A DNA stretch of 64,000 bases. It comes from Paragordius varius. Its lineage: Eukaryota; Animalia; Nematomorpha. Under the pieces are notes generated by a model. The model was not told the DNA's origin and made no database searches. It saw nothing but the letters and a program-made list of their open reading frames with translations. The position numbers and the translations under genes are program-made. Shown piece by piece: positions 61,897-64,000 of the stretch (positions are counted from its first letter, which is position 1; every line of letters begins with the position of its first letter). The stretch spans positions 11,904,001-11,968,000 of the forward strand of contig OZ176054.1 in assembly GCA_964247055.1 (NCBI GenBank), in the 5' to 3' direction.

Positions 61897-64000
61897 TTAT
61901 GCAAAACACAATTCTTTATAGTGTTCAAGCAATGGCATTAGACTGGTTAAATAGGCATTCTTCGATTTAACAATGTGAAATCGATCGGCGCGTTCATAAT
62001 TCGATTTAACCATTTCATAGTATTCGCCTTCGGTTATGGCGAAAGAGGTCATCAGCGCACACCGCGTACGTAAATGATCGATAAATTTATTGGATGTTTG
62101 ACTGAATCGAAGAATGTCTAGTGTTGTTGATTGTAAAGAAAAAATTAAAAAAGCTGTATAATTATGTACTACATTTTATTTTGAGGGTAATAATTATTAA
62201 AATTTTTATAAGGTCTAAACTAGGTCAATTATTATCAAAACTAATTGAATTTCTCGATTTACATCTGTTTTTTTTGCATTTTACGCATATATTGGTTTAT
62301 TTAGCCATTTTCTGCCCACATTAAAAATGAGTCAACATTGGGTTAATTATTTAATTTTACAATATCTGTACCCTAAATTTGGTTTGATTTTATGTACACA
62401 AACAAAATTTTTAAACTTTACATATTATTCTAATAAAGTTATATAATTTTAACATTTTTTTTACAACCTTTCATGTTACAACAAACAGCAGGTTAGTCAA
62501 TAATTGTATAACATCATTAATAAATAATAACATATACCAAAGTCATTTTTTAATTGAACAATATATTTTCACAAGCTTTATTTAAAATTGGAATAAATTT
62601 TAAAAAAATATTTACAATATTTTTGTGATACACTTATAAATTTTTCAATAACCGGTTAAAAGCATTTTAATTTTACATTTTACCTAATATTATATATTTA
62701 TACACAGTATGAGTAAGTATATATTGCTAGAAAGTTATAGTTATTGCCAAATAGCATAAGCAGCAAAGGGAATTATTATTGGTTAATAATAGTAAAAAAA
62801 GAAAAAAATATCTAAAGTCAATAATACTGCACTTTGTTACATGTGCTATTTGGCAATGGCAATTAACTTTCTAGAAATATATACTTACTCATACTGTATA
62901 TAACATATCATATTTAAATGGCTATGAGGTAACCAACTACCCCTTATAGGTTATAAAGGGTTGGTTGTCAAGTAACCGTGTTCAAATATTTTATATAAGA
63001 AAATATATGAAAAAGTCCACATTTAAATCCATTTTATCCTATATAATTTGATTATTATATTTAATTCTCAAAATATAATGTGTTCATTCACATATTAACA
63101 AAGGCGTCCCCATTATATACAAATAGCTAAAAAATATTTTTTTACCAGAATCCCATTGTATCTCCAACTCCTCGAGGTGTGAACAGTTTTGGGCCATTAA
63201 CTCAAGGCATTTATCGATAATGACTTTAGAATGGATTTTAAGGCAGCATGTACTTGGAATTCCAATAATCAAGATTCTTTAAATAACATTTTTTTTATTT
63301 AAATAGCTCAGCCTTTTTATATATGCGTATTTTATCCACATGGATTAAATTTGTTGTAATCAAATGGAAAAATTTTAAAAAATAAAAATAGAAACCCATA
63401 AAATTTCCCATCTAAATACGTAACAACAATATTTCGAATGTTAACATTTGCTATAATATTCTTAAAATTTAACATTACAAAATATCCATCAAATTTAAAG
63501 CCTATGTTAAATCTCACGTCAATCCTCTTTCATATGTGTACTACGAAATAATTTTGTGGATCAGTATTTTACGCATTTGATAAACCATTTATGTTATTTG
63601 ACTGGCAATAAAATTACTTAACATACATTAAAATGCATACTGTAATACTAAATTTTTGGCTAAAAAATATATCAAATATGGAATTACTAAAATTGAAATT
63701 TTAAAATTCTAATTCTTTATTATCTGAAAATGAATGAAGCCATTATATTATTTCTATTTATAAAATATTTTTAAATTATAGTCGCGCTAACTTACATGTA
63801 ATTTTAAAACATAAAACAATTTTTCTTACTTCATTTTAGATGGATGATGTATGATGTAACAACAAATATAAATTTTTTTGGAATAAAACATCATTTTTTT
63901 CCAAAAAAAAAGATTAAAATATATATAGAAATATAAAATATTACTTGCAATTTATGAGTAAGGGAATGACGGCATTCCAAAATGTTTCGGATAAATCATA
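61897..64000 (-). CDS. 3' end of a conserved F-box/LRR-type protein gene. Exons: 63945->64000, 63146-63276, 61897-62117
   Basis: Spliced reading: LSETFWNAVIPLLINCK|ILIIGIPSTCCLKIH...LMAQNCSHLEELEIQWDS|DILRFS...FIDHLRTRC...GEYYEMVKSNYERADR...HYKELCFA*. The LRR-like pattern and phases are consistent. The family name is from memory only. Confidence 0.7.
62705..62896. mobile_element. Short Tc1/mariner-type MITE with ~50-bp TIR
   Basis: CAGTATGAGTAAGTATATATT.CTAGAAAGTTA...ATTGCCAAATAGCA is mirrored at the right end, which closes ...CTTACTCATACTG-TA. Confidence 0.8.

Noticed and set aside
63332-63517. Minus-strand ORF ending in a phase-compatible donor at 63395, a candidate exon of the F-box/LRR gene
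   Set aside because: The exon at 63945-64000 (FWNAVIPLLINCK) joins ILIIG with a much better family-like sequence, so this ORF is probably intronic.
1-64000. CRISPR arrays, rRNA or tRNA genes, prokaryotic operons
   Set aside because: None seen. The 21-nt arrays have no unique spacers and the DNA is spliced eukaryotic sequence.

Overview
This is very AT-rich eukaryotic (animal-like) genomic DNA with nine spliced genes that I reconstructed by hand from GT-AG boundaries and remembered protein homology. They are dynamin (5' part, minus), a divergent class C GPCR (plus), PRPSAP (minus) head-to-head with a PM20D1-like M20 peptidase (plus), mitochondrial GatB (minus), a very large Kir channel (plus), ABITRAM/Simiate (minus) head-to-head with a p24-gamma/TMED7 gene (plus), and the 3' end of an F-box/LRR-like gene (minus). 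Introns and intergenic DNA hold a near-intact hAT transposon with a perfect 8-bp TSD, several MITE families, a 1.39-kb foldback element and a ~160-bp satellite. The strongest signals are: (1) at least eight GT-AG introns only 21-28 nt long, each forced by a stop or frameshift and by homology, in genes or a neighbourhood that also use introns of up to several kb; (2) an ORF-less inverted-repeat element with a 9-bp TSD and two minimal type I hammerhead ribozymes (Penelope pLTR/retrozyme-like, 414-nt unit); (3) divergent gene pairs with only 60 and 92 bp between start codons; (4) inverted copies of one repeat family bracketing the Kir gene. All gene models and alignments were made by eye; no database search was run.
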